Source of the DNA: Patescibacteria group bacterium
GTDB taxonomy: Bacteria; Patescibacteriota; Minisyncoccia; Phycocordibacterales; Phycocordibacteraceae
DNA: 59,213 bases
Assembly: GCA_040384725.1 (NCBI GenBank)
Contig: JAZKIS010000011.1
Location: 1 to 59,213, forward strand
Direction of reading: 5' to 3'
Shown here: positions 19,289 through 29,093 of the stretch, piece after piece
How positions within the stretch are numbered: the stretch's first letter is position 1
Layout: each line of letters starts with the position of its first letter
Translations under genes and position numbers: made by a program
Notes under the pieces: generated by a model
What the model was told of the DNA's origin: nothing
What the model saw: only the letters and a program-made list of their open reading frames with translations
Databases searched by the model: none

Positions 19289-19687
19289 ATGAAATCATTC
19301 CTCTCAGAGTTCAAGAAGTTCGCTCTTCGCGGAAACGCGATCGATCTCGCGATCGGTGTCGTTATCGGTGCGGCGTTCACGGCGATTACGAACTCGCTCG
19401 TGACCAACATCATCACGCCGCCCTTGTCGCTCCTCACGCGCGGCATCAACTTCGCTGACCTCGCGTTCGCGATACCGACGACCGATGCGTCTATCCAGTA
19501 CGGCCTCTTCATCCAGGCAGTGATCGCGTTCATCATCACCTCGTTCGCGCTCTTCCTTCTCGTCCGTCTCATCAACCACCTCACGATGCTCGCGCGCCGA
19601 GAGCAGGAGGCAGGGAACACCCCGCTGTCCGAGAAGAGTGCTGAACTCATGGTGCTCGAGGAGATTCGCGATTCCTTAAAGAAATAG
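19289..19687 (+). CDS. mscL: Large-conductance mechanosensitive channel
   Basis: EFKKFALRGNAIDLAIGVVIGAAF...LEEIRD. Confidence 0.96.
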   Translation: MKSFLSEFKKFALRGNAIDLAIGVVIGAAFTAITNSLVTNIITPPLSLLTRGINFADLAFAIPTTDASIQYGLFIQAVIAFIITSFALFLLVRLINHLTMLARREQEAGNTPLSEKSAELMVLEEIRDSLKK

Positions 19688-19692
19688 CAAAC

Positions 19693-20361
19693 ATGAAGCA
19701 GCTCCTCGCCGGCATCGTCATACTGTTCGTGGTCGGCTTTGGCTCATTCTTGTATCGGAACACCGTTGAGCGCTCTGGAATAACGGCAACACAGCCCGAG
19801 TGCACGATGGAGGCGAAGATCTGCCCGGACGGCACGAGCGTCGGGCGCACGGGTCCTTCCTGCGCATTCGCGTCGTGTCTACTCCCGAACGTAGAGATCC
19901 CGGATGCAGGAGCAAGTTTCGCCATACCCCCAGGATACGCCGCGGATGAGAATGCATACGGAGCGGACACCCGTCTCCTCGCGGCGTTCGTAAAGTCTTC
20001 CTTGTCCGGGAATCCGCAGCATACGATCGTTGTGTATCGGTACCAGATTCCAGAAGGGAAGACCGGAAACGACGTGATCCTTGAAAACACGAGGTATCAA
20101 CCTGCTGACTTGAGCGCCGAAGACTTCAGTCAATTCCGAGATCTATCAGTGAACGGAAAGACATTCCGCGAGACGACTATCGAGCGCTTCGAGGCACTGG
20201 TTCACAGCTCATACTTCCTCGTGCGCGAGAATGACGTACTGAGATTTGATATCACGGAGCACGACGTAACGAGCTGGATGGAGCCAGGACTCGTTATTGC
20301 GCAGCTTCCAGAGCATGCGGCATTCCTCGGCACGCTGCGCACGCTCCAGACGACCCCGTAA
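19693..20361 (+). CDS. Hypothetical membrane-anchored protein with a small Cys motif
   Basis: N-terminal TM then CTMEAKICPDGTSVGRTGPSCAFASC. Confidence 0.7.
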   Translation: MKQLLAGIVILFVVGFGSFLYRNTVERSGITATQPECTMEAKICPDGTSVGRTGPSCAFASCLLPNVEIPDAGASFAIPPGYAADENAYGADTRLLAAFVKSSLSGNPQHTIVVYRYQIPEGKTGNDVILENTRYQPADLSAEDFSQFRDLSVNGKTFRETTIERFEALVHSSYFLVRENDVLRFDITEHDVTSWMEPGLVIAQLPEHAAFLGTLRTLQTTP

Positions 20362-20418
20362 GGAACGGGCGTTTTATACGTCGTGCTACCATAGTGCCAC
20401 TCACCTAATAGAATCATC

Positions 20419-21213
20419 ATGAATCAGTTTGTAAACGAACTTAGCAGCAACCGCACCGCTCGTATTGCGGTAGTCGCGGTACTTATTCTGCTCGCCCTGT
20501 TCCTCCTCGCAAAGACCTGGGACGCAGTATTCGGACGCGACATGAACGACCCGTATAACACGATCACCGTGGAGGGTACCGGCAAGGCCGCCATAGTTCC
20601 TGACACTGCACGCATCACGTTTACGGTCATGGAGTCAGCCGCCCAGGTAGGCGCCGCTCAGGACGCTGCAACGAAGCGCACCGACGACGCGCTCGCGTCG
20701 CTCGAAGAGATGGGTATCGAGGAGCGCGACGTGAAGACCGTTTCGTACAACGTCTCTCCGAAGTACGAGTACAGCCAGCAGCCCTGCTACCCGGGCATGA
20801 TCTGCCAGAGCGGTACTCCTCGAATCGTTGGATACGACGTATCTCAGACGGTCGAGGTTAAGGTGCGCGACACCGCGAAGGCGGGCGACGTGCTCGCCGC
20901 CCTCGGAGGACTGGGTGTCCAGAACATCTCGGGCCCTGAATTCGTCGTTGACGACGAGAGCACCGTCTCGGCTGAGGCTCGTGCCGAAGCGATCGAAGAA
21001 GCCCGTGAGAAGGCGAAAGAGCTCGCGAAGGAACTCAACGTTCGCCTCGGCGATGTTGTGTCCTTCACCGAGGGGCCAACCAGCGACTTCTATGGCTACG
21101 GAAAGGGCGGTGACATGATGATGTCTGAGGCATCTATGAGCCGCGCTCCGAGTCTTCCGGTAGGGGAGAACGAGACCGAGATCACGGTGATGATCACCTA
21201 CGAGATTCGCTAG
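20419..21213 (+). CDS. SIMPL (DUF541) domain protein
   Basis: TITVEGTG...PDTA, AIEEAREKAKELA, V...YEI. Confidence 0.88.
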   Translation: MNQFVNELSSNRTARIAVVAVLILLALFLLAKTWDAVFGRDMNDPYNTITVEGTGKAAIVPDTARITFTVMESAAQVGAAQDAATKRTDDALASLEEMGIEERDVKTVSYNVSPKYEYSQQPCYPGMICQSGTPRIVGYDVSQTVEVKVRDTAKAGDVLAALGGLGVQNISGPEFVVDDESTVSAEARAEAIEEAREKAKELAKELNVRLGDVVSFTEGPTSDFYGYGKGGDMMMSEASMSRAPSLPVGENETEITVMITYEIR

Positions 21214-21331
21214 TGTAGCGACCCGTAGACACAGCCCCGCACTCGCGGGGCTGTGTTCGTTTGACACAGTATCCAGGCCGTACTATCATGCATACATACA
21301 AGGCCCGCGGGGCTTTTTTATTTACAGGACC

Positions 21332-21520
21332 ATGAAATCACTCTTCACCTACCTCAGGAACGTTCGCGGCGAACTCGCCCATGTCGTCTGGCCAGATCGC
21401 AAGCAGGCGATGGTGCATACCGTACTCATTATCCTCGTGTCGGCAGTGGTCGCGATCTACCTTTCTGGTCTCGACTACGTGTTCACGGGCGTCGTGAACC
21501 GCGTCATCACGGGCTATTAG
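21332..21520 (+). CDS. secE: Preprotein translocase SecE
   Basis: ELAHVVWP + TM; precedes nusG. Confidence 0.93.
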   Translation: MKSLFTYLRNVRGELAHVVWPDRKQAMVHTVLIILVSAVVAIYLSGLDYVFTGVVNRVITGY

Positions 21521-21542
21521 TCCTTTCTAAGATTCTCTCATT

Positions 21543-22109
21543 ATGGAAATGAACGCACCTCAGTTCGGCGAAGATGCTGCAGACCAGACCCCGCGCTGGT
21601 ACACCATCCACACGTACGCAGGCTACGAGAACGCCGTCGAGCGCAACCTGAAGCAGCGCATCGAGTCTCTCGGCATGGAGAACAAGATCTTCGAGGTAGT
21701 GGTACCAACTGAGAAGAAGATCCGCGTTAAGGCAGGGAAGCGCATCGTTGAGGAAGAGAAGATCTACCCGGGCTACATTCTCGTACGCATGGTCGTGGAT
21801 GAAGACTCGTGGTTCGTGGTCCGTAATACTCCAAGGGTAACGGGCTTCGTCGGTGCCGGGAACACGCCGGTCCCTATGGACGAGCACGAGGTGTCGACGC
21901 TCATGAAGCGCATGGGCCAGGAGGCGCCGAAGCATCGCATCGACCTCATGAAGGATGACCCGGTTGTCATCGCGGACGGCCCGTTCAAGGACCTCGAGGG
22001 CAAGGTGGGGGAGATTGATGAGGATCGCGGCAAGGTGAAGGTTATGGTGGCCATGTTCGGCCGCGAGACCCCCGTCGAGCTCGATTTCTTGCAGATAAGG
22101 AAGCTATAA
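21543..22109 (+). CDS. nusG: Transcription termination/antitermination factor NusG
   Basis: WYTIHTYAGYE, PGYILV, VTGFVG, KOW DGPF, MFGRETPVEL. Confidence 0.97.
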   Translation: MEMNAPQFGEDAADQTPRWYTIHTYAGYENAVERNLKQRIESLGMENKIFEVVVPTEKKIRVKAGKRIVEEEKIYPGYILVRMVVDEDSWFVVRNTPRVTGFVGAGNTPVPMDEHEVSTLMKRMGQEAPKHRIDLMKDDPVVIADGPFKDLEGKVGEIDEDRGKVKVMVAMFGRETPVELDFLQIRKL

Positions 22110-22132
22110 CGTAGAGTCTCTAAGCAATTCAT

Positions 22133-22552
22133 ATGGCAAAGGCAATTAAGAAGATCAAGCTCCAGATCCCTGGAGGCAAGGCAACCCCGGCTCCTCCGGT
22201 GGGAACCGTGCTCGGCCCTGCCGGCGTGAACATTGGCGACTTCGTCAACAAGTTCAACGAGCAGACCCGCGACCAGATGGGCGTCATCATTCCGGTTGAG
22301 ATGACCGTCTATGACGACCGCACCTTCACGTTCGTCCTCAAGGTGTCCCCGATGTCCCGCCTTATCCTCAAGGCCGCGGGCGTCGAGAAGGGATCCGGAA
22401 AGACGCCGATGTCCAAGGCCGGTTCTATAACGAAGGCGCAGGTAACGGAGATCGCCGAGACTAAGATGCCCGACCTGAACGCAGGAAGCATCGAAGCCGC
22501 AGAGCGCATGGTTGAGGGCACAGCCCGATCCATGGGCATCGCGATCAAGTAG
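22133..22552 (+). CDS. rplK: 50S ribosomal protein L11
   Basis: [23 protein letters not shown]. Confidence 0.97.
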   Translation: MAKAIKKIKLQIPGGKATPAPPVGTVLGPAGVNIGDFVNKFNEQTRDQMGVIIPVEMTVYDDRTFTFVLKVSPMSRLILKAAGVEKGSGKTPMSKAGSITKAQVTEIAETKMPDLNAGSIEAAERMVEGTARSMGIAIK

Positions 22553-22567
22553 AGTATTCGATACGAG

Positions 22568-22600
22568 AAAAAGCCCGTCGGTTTCCCCGACGGGCTTTTT
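22568..22600 (+). terminator. Intrinsic terminator after rplK
   Basis: AAAAAGCCCGTCGG-TTTCC-CCGACGGGCTTTTT. Confidence 0.8.
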
Positions 22601-22616
22601 CGTTTACAGTCAGCGG

Positions 22617-23351
22617 ATGGAACTCACTCCTTTTCATATAGAGACACTCGTTCCTCCTAAGGATGATCTTCGTGCGAAGATACGTGCATCCGCGCTTACC
22701 CTCGAGGAGCATGATGTTATCGCCCTCTCGACGAAGGTGGTGAGCATCGGCCAGGGACGATGCGTGCTCAGAGAGGGTACCGATCTCGATAGGCTCATAC
22801 GGTCTGAGTCCGAGAGGTATCTCGAGCGCGCAGAGACGCCCGGAGGATTCGTGATGCACACCATAGCGAACGGCACGTTCATGGCGAACGCAGGCATCGA
22901 TCCCTTCGCGGGATACTTCGTACTCTGGCCGGAAGACCCTCATGGGACTGCTGCGGACCTGCTTGCGTGGTTCAAGCAGGAGTATGGAAGGGAGCATCTG
23001 TATCTCGTGCTCACGGACTCCCGGAGCGTCATTCTGCGACGGGGTGTCATAGGAATGGCGGTCGCGTGGGCCGGGTTCGAGCCCGTCTACGACAACCGGA
23101 TGCGCACGGATCTGCTCGGCGTTGCGAGCGCCGGAAGTCAGACGAACATCCCTGACGCGCTCGCCGCGAGCGCGGTCTATGTCATGGGCGAGGCGAACGA
23201 AGGGACGCCGCTCGTACGCATCCGGAACGCGCCATACGTGAAAGAATCCCAGACTGACAGAAAGAAGGAATTCAATACTTACACGTTCTCCCCTGAGGAG
23301 GACATCTTTGCACCGTTCCTTACGAGGGTGTCGTGGCAGGAGGGAGGGTAG
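22617..23351 (+). CDS. CofE-like gamma-glutamyl ligase (F420-0:Glu ligase family; putative folate glutamylase)
   Basis: DVIALSTKVVSIGQGR, ANAGID, LTDS, DALAASA..VMGEANEGTP. Confidence 0.8.
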   Translation: MELTPFHIETLVPPKDDLRAKIRASALTLEEHDVIALSTKVVSIGQGRCVLREGTDLDRLIRSESERYLERAETPGGFVMHTIANGTFMANAGIDPFAGYFVLWPEDPHGTAADLLAWFKQEYGREHLYLVLTDSRSVILRRGVIGMAVAWAGFEPVYDNRMRTDLLGVASAGSQTNIPDALAASAVYVMGEANEGTPLVRIRNAPYVKESQTDRKKEFNTYTFSPEEDIFAPFLTRVSWQEGG

Positions 23352-23910
23352 GGCGCACGCGATCCAAGAAGGAGCGGAACAGCTCGTCCCCGTAGGTTTC
23401 GTCGCACATCTTTTCAGGATGGAACTGGAACCCGTACTGGGGTTTCGTGCGGTGCCGAATAATCTCAGGGCCCATGTGAGAGGACGCGAGAAGTTCGAGC
23501 TCCGTAGGGATCGTATCGATAACCCACCGATGGGCTTCGTATACGTCGAAGGTCTTTCGATCAAGGAATAGCGGATCCTCAACGACGACCGTTATTTCAT
23601 AAATACCCTTCTCCTTGTGCTCGGTGTCGCGCAAGGTTCCCCCGTAGGCAACCGCAAGGAGCTCGGCACCGAAACAGACGCCAAGAAGCGGGGAACCGCA
23701 TTCCCGGATGAGTTTCAGTTCCGGCTCGAGCACTTCGAGGTTGTAGAGAATAGGGAACCGGCTGCTTCCTGAAAGGATCACCAGATCATACGTGCCGCAC
23801 AGAGCCTCGTCCGCCCGCTCGAGCGGATACTGGTCGACCGTGTCATGTGCAAGAAGGGCGAGCAGTTTCTCAGGCTCCTTGGTGCCGTTGTTTATAAGGG
23901 CAACATGCAT
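23320..23910 (-). CDS. Class I glutamine amidotransferase-like protein
   Basis: LSGS, GVCFG (nucleophile), QFHPE (His-Glu). Confidence 0.88.
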   Translation of the reverse strand: MHVALINNGTKEPEKLLALLAHDTVDQYPLERADEALCGTYDLVILSGSSRFPILYNLEVLEPELKLIRECGSPLLGVCFGAELLAVAYGGTLRDTEHKEKGIYEITVVVEDPLFLDRKTFDVYEAHRWVIDTIPTELELLASSHMGPEIIRHRTKPQYGFQFHPEKMCDETYGDELFRSFLDRVRPTLPPATTPS

Positions 23911-23917
23911 AGTGTTA

Positions 23918-24427
23918 TTAGGAGCGCTCGAGATCTAACCAAACGTATTTGAATCCTTCGTACTCATGCTCCTCACGCAGGGTCTCTTTTGAGAACTGGT
24001 CCTCGTATGCCGGAAAGAACGCGTCGCCATCCTTCTCTTCGTCGACGAGCGTGAGGTAGAGGTTCGTCGCGAAGGGAAGCGCGCACTCGTATACCTGCTG
24101 GCCTCCAATGGCGAAGATTTCCTCGCTCCCTTCAGCGTCGCGTGCACGGGAGAGCGCCTCGGGGAAGGACTGTGCGAGTACCGCGCCTGGCGCGTCGTAC
24201 GAGCTGTCACGCGTAATAACGATGTTCGTGCGTCCCGGGAGCGGGCGGAACTTCTCCGGGATCGATTCCCAGGTCTTTCGTCCCATGATAACGGGGTGTC
24301 CGGTCGTGAGCTTCTTGAAGCGCGGGAGGTCGCCCGGAATCTGCCACAGAAGCTGGTTGTCTTTGCCGATCGCGCGGTTACGGCTCAGTGCCGCGATGAC
24401 GCTTATTTTTTCGGCTTCCTGTGCCAT
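23918..24427 (-). CDS. folA: Dihydrofolate reductase
   Basis: IGKDNQLLW, DLPRFK, MGRKTWES, PLPGRTNIV, IGG, GDAFFP. Confidence 0.96.
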   Translation of the reverse strand: MAQEAEKISVIAALSRNRAIGKDNQLLWQIPGDLPRFKKLTTGHPVIMGRKTWESIPEKFRPLPGRTNIVITRDSSYDAPGAVLAQSFPEALSRARDAEGSEEIFAIGGQQVYECALPFATNLYLTLVDEEKDGDAFFPAYEDQFSKETLREEHEYEGFKYVWLDLERS

Positions 24428-25110
24428 GTCTGTACTTTCTTAATGTCGCGGTCTGCCCAGAGCTTCGGGAGCATCATCTCGGGCTTCCAGGTCTTCTTAA
24501 GCTCGGAAAGGTTCGTGGAGGAGGCGTACTTGCCGGACTTCGAGTAGTCCCGCGCGCGGATCGGTCCCGTCTCGAAGAAGATGATCTGCGCGATGCGGCG
24601 TCCAACGACGAGCGGGATGATGTAGTTCTTCGAGTTGTTCGTGATCTCCATGGTCCAGCGGTTCACGTACCCGACGTCGCCCCAGCCGGCGCACTTACAG
24701 ACCTCGATGAACTGGCGGCCCGTAGAAGAGCGGGCTTTCATCATGGTGGTGATGTGGTCCTTGCCGCCGATGAACTCCTGCGTGTGCGCGAGGATCGTCT
24801 CGCCAGGCCTGAGCACGATAACCTTGTCGTCCGGGTGGATGCCGCCGTCCCAGTTGAAGTTGTACTTCTTGAACGCTTCCGAAGCCTTCACGGCACGCTG
24901 CACGTCGTCTGCGCCCCATACGTGGCGGGTGTGCTCCTCGCTCCAGATGTTGTAGAGACTGTGATTGTATTTCGGTGGCTGCTCGCGGTAGAACCACTCG
25001 CCGAGGGTCACGTCATAGCTCGAGGTCGCGAGCTGCTCGTCATTAAAAGGGGAGATCACTATGTCGCCCTTCTTCATCTCTTCGAGGATGCGCGTATCTG
25101 AAAGTGCCAT
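24403..25110 (-). CDS. dcd: dCTP deaminase family protein
   Basis: LSD, SYDVTLG, ARSSTGR, AGWGDVGY, TMEITN, IAQI. Confidence 0.88.
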   Translation of the reverse strand: MALSDTRILEEMKKGDIVISPFNDEQLATSSYDVTLGEWFYREQPPKYNHSLYNIWSEEHTRHVWGADDVQRAVKASEAFKKYNFNWDGGIHPDDKVIVLRPGETILAHTQEFIGGKDHITTMMKARSSTGRQFIEVCKCAGWGDVGYVNRWTMEITNNSKNYIIPLVVGRRIAQIIFFETGPIRARDYSKSGKYASSTNLSELKKTWKPEMMLPKLWADRDIKKVQTWHRKPKK

Positions 25111-25137
25111 GATTGAAAGAGTGTACTAGTGTCTTCG

Positions 25138-25968
25138 CTAAACTGCCATCTTAGCCTTGATGGTCTCGTGAGACTGATAGTCCTCGAGCCGGATGTCGTC
25201 CATGGTGAAGGAATCGATATCCGTCACGTCCGGATTGAGCCAGAGTTTCGGGAAGGGTAGCGGCTCTCGAGCGAGCTGCTCCTTCACGGCATCGAAATGA
25301 TCGTGATAGATATGCGCGTCGTTCAGGGTGAGGACGAGCTCATGTGGCGTCTTTTCCGTGACCTGTGCCACCATCGCAAGGAGGAGTCCGTACGAGGCGA
25401 TGTTGAACGGTACACCGAGGAACATGTCGCAGGAGCGCTGCACCATGTGAAGTGAAAGCTTGTCGCCGGCGACGAAGAACTGGAACATCATGTGGCAGGG
25501 AGGAAGCGCCATCTGATCGATTTCGCCCGGGTTCCATGCGGAGACGATCAAACGGCGGTCCGTAGGATCGTTCTTGATCTTGTCAACGACGCGCGCAATC
25601 TGATCGACGACAGAACCGTCCGGAGACTGCCACTTCCGCCATTGCACGCCGTACACGCGTCCGAGGTCTCCGGGGAACGTTGCCTTAGGGGTCCAATAGT
25701 CGGCTTCCGCATTCGCGGTCCAGATGGTCTTCTCAGAGCTATTCAGTTCCTTAAGGCGGTTGTCGTCGCCCGAGCCTTCAAGGAACCAGAGAAGCTCGCT
25801 CTTAACCGCCCTAAAGGCGAGCTTCTTGGTTGTGAGCGCAGGGAATCCGTCCTCGAGATTGCAGCGTATCTGACGCGCGAAAAGCGCGCGGGTGTCCCCG
25901 TTGCGGCCTGTCCGGTCGACCCCGTTCTCCATGATGTTCTTGAGGGCGTCGAGGTAGGCGTGCTCCAT
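25138..25968 (-). CDS. thyA: Thymidylate synthase
   Basis: [43 protein letters not shown]. Confidence 0.97.
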   Translation of the reverse strand: MEHAYLDALKNIMENGVDRTGRNGDTRALFARQIRCNLEDGFPALTTKKLAFRAVKSELLWFLEGSGDDNRLKELNSSEKTIWTANAEADYWTPKATFPGDLGRVYGVQWRKWQSPDGSVVDQIARVVDKIKNDPTDRRLIVSAWNPGEIDQMALPPCHMMFQFFVAGDKLSLHMVQRSCDMFLGVPFNIASYGLLLAMVAQVTEKTPHELVLTLNDAHIYHDHFDAVKEQLAREPLPFPKLWLNPDVTDIDSFTMDDIRLEDYQSHETIKAKMAV

Positions 25969-26073
25969 GTAGCCAGTATACAGGGACGGTATCTCGACCC
26001 CCGGGCTGGGGAGAGCGGGGATAACCCCGTGCTAGGGTATGCTGAGATCAATGTTCAAAGGGGCATAGAAATC

Positions 26074-26751
26074 ATGACACAAGAACCAAGGAAGGGCGTG
26101 TTCATAGCCATCGAGGGCGGAGACGGCGCAGGCAAGACCGACCAGATCCGTCTCCTCCAGGAGCGATGGGAGAGCCTGTTCACGGGATGGAATGTCGTGT
26201 TCACGAAGGAGCCGGGCGGCGGTTCGGTATTCTCTCACGACATCCGGCAGCTCGCGCTCAATCACGAGGACGCGGGCAGTGCGGAACCAGGGACCCTGTT
26301 CGGCCTCATGACCGCATCGCGTTTCGAGCATCTCGGAAAGCTCATCACCCCGCATCTTGCAAAGGGTGACGTGGTGATCTGTGATCGGTTCGAAGCCTCC
26401 ACCTACGCCTATCAGGTGAAGGGAATGGGCGCGGACTATCTGCGAGGATCCTATCTCGAGCATCGAGCGTCGGTCCGTGCCCTCCTCGGGGAGCATGCAT
26501 ACCGCACCATCGTTCTCGATGTTGATCCTGATGTGGCTATGGGGCGACTTGCCGCGCGCAAGCTGCGTCAGGGCGATCAAAACCACTTCGACCTCCGTCC
26601 TCGCGTATTCCACGAGACGGTGCGCGAGGCCCTCAAGGAGTACTGCAGCACCATAAACCCGACCGCGATCCGCATTGACGGCAATCCTGGTCCGGAAGAG
26701 GTGCACAGCCTGCTAGAAGAGCAGATCCGCTTGATTCTCGCCAACAAGTAA
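26074..26751 (+). CDS. tmk: Thymidylate kinase
   Basis: FIAIEGGDGAGKT, TKEPGG, CDRFEASTYAYQ. Confidence 0.94.
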   Translation: MTQEPRKGVFIAIEGGDGAGKTDQIRLLQERWESLFTGWNVVFTKEPGGGSVFSHDIRQLALNHEDAGSAEPGTLFGLMTASRFEHLGKLITPHLAKGDVVICDRFEASTYAYQVKGMGADYLRGSYLEHRASVRALLGEHAYRTIVLDVDPDVAMGRLAARKLRQGDQNHFDLRPRVFHETVREALKEYCSTINPTAIRIDGNPGPEEVHSLLEEQIRLILANK

Positions 26752-26835
26752 GACACGTCCCCGCTTCGGCGGGGACGTACTTTTGGCATACGCGTCAGGA
26801 GAGGTACTATAGAAACAACATATAAGGCATATGAG

Positions 26836-26885
26836 ATAAGGTCACTGGCGAGCACGCGTTTACTACTACACGGAACTGACCTATG
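26836..26885 (+). promoter_or_regulatory. Candidate riboswitch-like leader of glyA (resembles the 5' half of the ZTP/pfl aptamer)
   Basis: AGGTCA (26839-44) pairs with TGACCT (26877-82), enclosing ACTGGCGA...GGAA; abuts the ATG. Confidence 0.3.
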
Positions 26886-28184
26886 AATCCTTACGACCAT
26901 ATCAAGAACGAAGACCAGGACGTCTTCAACGCCATAACCGGAGAAGAGACGCGCGAGGCGGAAGGCATCGAGCTCATCCCGTCGGAGAACTACGTTTCCC
27001 AAGCCGTCCGCGAGGCGATGGGAAGCGTATTCACGAACAAGTACTCGGAAGGCTACCCCGGCAAGCGCTACTACGGCGGCCAGGAGTTCACCGACCAGGT
27101 GGAGACGCTCGCTATCGAACGCGCGAAGACGCTCTTCCATGCGGACCATGCGAACGTGCAGCCTCTCGGGGGTGCTGCGGCGAACATCGCGGCGTACTTC
27201 GCATGGCTCGAGCCCGGCGACACTATCCTCGGCATGGACCTCGCGCATGGCGGACACCTCACGCACGGCTCGCCCGTGACGTACATGACGAAGCTCTATA
27301 ACTTCGTGCGCTACGGCATGAAGGACGTGGACACAGGAGAAATCGATTACGACCTGATGCTCGAGACCGCGAAGCGCGAGCGCCCGAAGATCATACTCGC
27401 CGGATTCTCGGGCTACCCGCGTACGCTCGATTGGAAGAGGATCGCCGACATCGCGAAGGAGGTGGATGCGGTTGCGATGGCGGACGTCGCGCACATCGCG
27501 GGCCTTATCGCGGGCGGCGCACTTGAGAACCCGCTCGACCATGGGTTCCAAGTCATGACCACCACCACGCATAAGACGCTTCGCGGACCGCGCGGCGCGA
27601 TGATCCTCTCGAAGGGAACCGTCTCGAGTCCGCTTCGGGCGCCCGAGAAGACTATCGAGAACCTGCCTACGCTGATCGATCGCAGCGTGTTTCCCGGATT
27701 CCAGGGCGGCCCGCATATGCATCAGATCGCCGCGAAAGCTATCGCGTTCAAGGAGGCGTCGACACCAGCCTTTAAGGAGTATGCGCATCAGGTTATTAAG
27801 AACGCGCAGGCGATGGCAGAAGTGTTCACCACCGGTGGTGTGCGCCTCATAACGGGAGGCACCGACAACCATCTCATCCTTGCGGACGTGTACGGCTCGC
27901 TCGGCATCAGCGGGGGAGAGGCTGAGACGCTTCTTGATCGTGCGGGCATGACGCTCAACAAGAACTCGATCGCGAACGACACCCGTAAGCCGTTCGATCC
28001 GTCCGGCATCCGCTTCGGCACGCCTGCCATGACGACGCGCGGCCTTTCCCAAGAAGACTCACGCGAGATCGCTACGATCATGCTCGACGTGCTCGACAAG
28101 CGGGACGACGCAACCGTCGAGAAGGCAAAGGAGCAGGTCCGAACGATAGCGCTCGCGCATCCGGTGCCGGAATCGTTCGTGTAG
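26883..28184 (+). CDS. glyA: Serine hydroxymethyltransferase
   Basis: LIPSEN, NKYSEGYPGKRYYGG, GGHLTHG, TTTHKTLRGPRG, GIRFGTPA. Confidence 0.97.
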   Translation: MNPYDHIKNEDQDVFNAITGEETREAEGIELIPSENYVSQAVREAMGSVFTNKYSEGYPGKRYYGGQEFTDQVETLAIERAKTLFHADHANVQPLGGAAANIAAYFAWLEPGDTILGMDLAHGGHLTHGSPVTYMTKLYNFVRYGMKDVDTGEIDYDLMLETAKRERPKIILAGFSGYPRTLDWKRIADIAKEVDAVAMADVAHIAGLIAGGALENPLDHGFQVMTTTTHKTLRGPRGAMILSKGTVSSPLRAPEKTIENLPTLIDRSVFPGFQGGPHMHQIAAKAIAFKEASTPAFKEYAHQVIKNAQAMAEVFTTGGVRLITGGTDNHLILADVYGSLGISGGEAETLLDRAGMTLNKNSIANDTRKPFDPSGIRFGTPAMTTRGLSQEDSREIATIMLDVLDKRDDATVEKAKEQVRTIALAHPVPESFV

Positions 28185-28255
28185 CATCACGCCTGCTTCA
28201 GGTTCGCTGTGGTTAGATGCCTCCATTAGCAGAGGGATACGTAACCGCAACGCAT

Positions 28256-28372
28256 ATGCAAACTCTTGGAAAGACACTTCTCGAATCAGCAGCGGTACTC
28301 GCCGTCGGCCTCTCGATAATCGGGTTCATGCTCTACGCGTTCTCACAGAACACTGCGCTCTACGGCGTGTAG
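28256..28372 (+). CDS. Small single-TM protein (38 aa), not in the ORF track
   Basis: MQTLGKTLLESAAVLAVGLSIIGFMLYAFSQNTALYGV*, followed by a terminator at 28394-28420. Confidence 0.55.
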   Translation: MQTLGKTLLESAAVLAVGLSIIGFMLYAFSQNTALYGV

Positions 28373-28486
28373 GAAAATGAAGGGCAGCTAAAGAAAAGCC
28401 GCGCACATGCGCGGCTTTTCTTGTAAGGCTACTTAGTTCAAGACGTCTGTATAGCTGTGACGCTTATCCATAGCACGCACATTCCT

Positions 28487-29026
28487 ATGAATAGAACGAT
28501 GAAATCCGTACTCGCTTCGACTGCTATCCTTGCGGTCGGGCTCGCCGCAGTCGGTGTCCTCATGTTCGCGTTCGTGCAGAACGCGGAGGCTCGCAATAGC
28601 GGACCGCACGCCGTAGGCTCTAAGCTCGAGGTCGCCATAAGCGACAACGGCCGCGTCATCGTACGCGGCGCCGAGGTAACCGAGATATCGGGTGATACTA
28701 TCCGTGCCCGTACCGAGTGGGGCGCAACCGCGCTCACCTGGACGATCCGGACCGATGGCGATACCGACTTCGTTACGAAGGGCGGTTCGGGCTCTGGCCT
28801 CGATGACGTATCGACCGGAGACTATGTAAGCTTCTCCGGACAGGTCCTCGAATCCGAGAGTGCGTTCACTGTTGACGCTGACGCGGTTAGGAACTGGTCG
28901 CTCGAGAGCGATAAGGACGACTCCCATGTTCGTGCCGAAGCGAAGGTAGAAGCGAAAGCTCGCTGGGACGAGTGGAAGAAGTTTCCAATCTTCAACTGGT
29001 TCAAGGGCAAGGACGATTCTCGCTAG
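28487..29026 (+). CDS. Hypothetical secreted beta-rich (OB-fold-like) protein
   Basis: Signal/TM segment; VTEISGDTI...GDYVSFSG...A..VR pattern. Confidence 0.65.
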   Translation: MNRTMKSVLASTAILAVGLAAVGVLMFAFVQNAEARNSGPHAVGSKLEVAISDNGRVIVRGAEVTEISGDTIRARTEWGATALTWTIRTDGDTDFVTKGGSGSGLDDVSTGDYVSFSGQVLESESAFTVDADAVRNWSLESDKDDSHVRAEAKVEAKARWDEWKKFPIFNWFKGKDDSR

Positions 29027-29093
29027 AGCATTCTCCTAACAGAAAACAGCCCGCTCCTCACAGAGCGGGCTGTTTTCTGTTACTATCCGCCTA

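Noticed and set aside
25492-26073. N-terminal extension of tmk (419-aa ORF)
   Set aside because: It overlaps thyA on the opposite strand; Tmk homology starts near ATG 26074.
26577-28052. Long antisense ORFs (491 aa here; also 8534-9685, 52254-53498, 22545-23582)
   Set aside because: Shadow frames of well-supported genes in GC-rich, codon-biased DNA, with no motifs of their own.
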